A DNA stretch of 63,608 bases, the filler included, from Octopus bimaculoides (taxonomy: Eukaryota): NCBI RefSeq assembly GCF_001194135.2. It is 6 parts of 6 records of this genome, joined end to end, with 100 filler letters (N's around TTAATTAATTAA, not from the genome) between each part and the next. Parts side by side here need not be neighbours in the genome. Positions count along the whole stretch, not along the records: positions 60,811 to 63,608 come from NC_068996.1; 5 more parts are not named here. One strand, 5' to 3'. The notes beneath the pieces are model-generated. The model did not search any database. It was given only the letters and a program-made list of their open reading frames with translations, and was not told the origin of the DNA. Shown here piece by piece: positions 61,812 through 63,608 of the stretch. A program made the translations under genes and the position numbers. Positions within the stretch are counted from its first letter, which is position 1, and each line of letters begins with the position of its first letter.

Positions 61812-63385
61812 TACTTTTAAATCTGCATGTTTGTTACAATCACTTGCCGAGACACACCCAATGTCTTAAGGCGAGTGAAAGATAGATATTATAGTATGAC
61901 TGAAAGCTTTGGGAGGGGAAATATCCTTATGTAATACAACACAGGCATTTTAGTCGATAGGGTTTTTCTAAGGATGTGTGTAGTACTTGTCAATACAATC
62001 TTTTGGATTTCTCTGAGGCATGATTCTCCTGGGATCTTATCCAAATGTTTCTGACATCCTTTTTTTATCACACCTACGGCATCTAATATAACAGGAATAG
62101 TTCTTTGCTTTAAGATGCCAAGTCTTTTGTATTTCAATTTCCAGGTCCTTATATTTACTTAATTTGTCAAATTCTTTGATAGATATATTTTTATCAGTGG
62201 GAACGCTTACATCTATTTGCCTACAAATATTTTCTTCCCTGTCTTTTATAATTATGAGTGGTCGATTAACCCAGATTATTCTGTCGGTGTTGACTAGAAA
62301 ATCCCAGACGATGATGACATTTTTACCTTCAATGACTGGCTCAGAATGATGTTCATACCAATAAGCAGGAATGTCGGTGTTTACATATTTTCCAATGTAA
62401 ATATTGTTCTACCCTATCGTGGCAATATTTGTATTCGTTTGGTATCAGTACAGCACATCCCGAGACGAGATGGTCTATTGTTTCGTCAAATGTGTCGCAG
62501 AACCTACATTTAAGGTCAGAACTGTTTTGAAAACAGTTACCCTGGTAGTTTTTGGTAAGCAATCTTTGAATTTGTGCCGCCAATATGAAACCTTCATTTT
62601 CTGCCTTCAGTCTCGAACTTCTCAGCCACTGATGGGTTGGTGTTTGGTCTACATCAGTGTGTCGACTTCGATTAATATACTGTCAATGCAGAGGCTTCTG
62701 GCTCCACCGCTCCTCAATTTCTTTCTGCCGGTTCTTTTTTGCAGTCTACTTGATCCGTTGTACTTGTTTGGTAGCAGTGGTTTCAGTCAAGGTTCATGCC
62801 AAGTTCCCTTGCGAATCTGAAATCTTCCTTGAATGTGACTTTTTGCTCCATTCATGTTTGCACATAAGCCGCAGCATCCAGTACCTGTTCATTGCTATTT
62901 TGGAGATCATATATCACAGTTCTAGCTGCATCATTCCTCTTCTTCCATGACTTCTAGGCAAGTACAGCCAATGAACGTCTACTTTTGGGTGGTGTATGTT
63001 CTTAGATGTTAATAGTTGTCTTGTCCAACTGTCCAGTTTTTGGAGCTCCATAGGATTCCAGTTAATGATGTGAAAACTGTATTGGACTACTACAAGTGCC
63101 AGGGTGTTATTCGCTTCGATGCGGGGTTTTTTGTGTTGAGTTCAGTCTTCAGTAAAAGTCTTATCTCCTTTATATATCCCCAGGTATTTTAAACTTTGTT
63201 GTGGGTTAAGCTCCTTGATTGCAGCGTTAGTATTTAATTAAATGGAAGCTGCTTGCCTGAGCTAACCTCTTACAAAATTTGCTTTAGCACACGTATCGAG
63301 GTCAAAATCCATCCCGATGTCATTGTTAAACTTTTTGACAGTTGTTAGCAGCCCTACTAGCTCATCGTCATTTCTAGTAAACAGC

Positions 63386-63386
<1 letters not shown>
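61811..63386 (-). mobile_element. R4/Dong-like non-LTR retrotransposon with restriction-like endonuclease, 5'-truncated (copy A)
   Basis: Minus strand reads KLFTRNDDELVGLLTTVKKF (just after the RT YMDD), AAQIQRLLTKNY...CRFCDTFDETIDHLVSGC (CCHC)...HDRV...NRP(L)IIIKD...IDVSVP...LQHLDK-like GCQKHLDKIPGESCLREIQKIVLTSTTHILRKTLS. Bounded by (TTA)n at 61745-61810 and 63387-63439. Confidence 0.85.
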
Positions 63387-63439
<53 letters not shown>

Positions 63440-63608
63440 GTTCAGTAATTTTATTTTTATAACGTGCTTTCACTTCACTACCGAGCGCAGCTCTGTGCGC
63501 CTTGGGTATGTGCTGTGGTTTGCTGTGGTGCTCTTATGTTTACTGTATTGAAAGTGTTTTGCGTAGAATGTGTGCAGTACCCAGTAGTGCAATTTTCTGT
63601 ATGTTATA
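63440..63608 (-). mobile_element. R4/Dong-like RLE LINE 3' end (copy C, runs off the window)
   Basis: Minus strand reads YNIQKIALLGTAHILRKTLSIQ*, then a 3' UTR ending ...aaattactgaac followed by (AAT)n. Confidence 0.8.

Overview
This is AT-rich, microsatellite- and transposon-dense eukaryotic (animal) DNA. The SINE/LINE content resembles an octopus genome as I recall it; this is inference, not checked. The window is not one continuous sequence. Five identical 100-bp artificial spacers (44 N + TTAATTAATTAA + 44 N) split it into six joined pieces, and there are further N gaps. Host genes I can support: (1) a complete intronless hnRNP A1/A2-like two-RRM gene (2771-3757, +), a candidate retrogene with a shortened RRM1 loop and a tail with no RGG motif; (2) the 31-nt first coding exon and promoter of cyclophilin E/PPIE (25694-25724, +); (3) one exon of a divergent SLC16/MCT-type MFS transporter (31635-31932, +); (4) one catalytic-domain exon of a polypeptide GalNAc-transferase (57315-57497, +). 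Their partner exons are not visible here. The rest is mostly mobile DNA: two tRNA-derived SINE families, RTE, CR1, Tx1/L1 and R4/Dong-like LINEs, a Penelope-like element, Helitron fragments and non-autonomous Helitrons, and Tc1/mariner, piggyBac, Tigger and hAT remnants. The most notable observations are three R4/Dong-like retrotransposon copies stacked head-to-tail in a (TAA)n array, the divergent hnRNP retrogene candidate, and a degenerate 32-bp-period CCAAT-bearing array upstream of a possible first exon. No rRNA, tRNA gene or CRISPR array is supported. Most ORFs in the supplied track are microsatellite or N artefacts.
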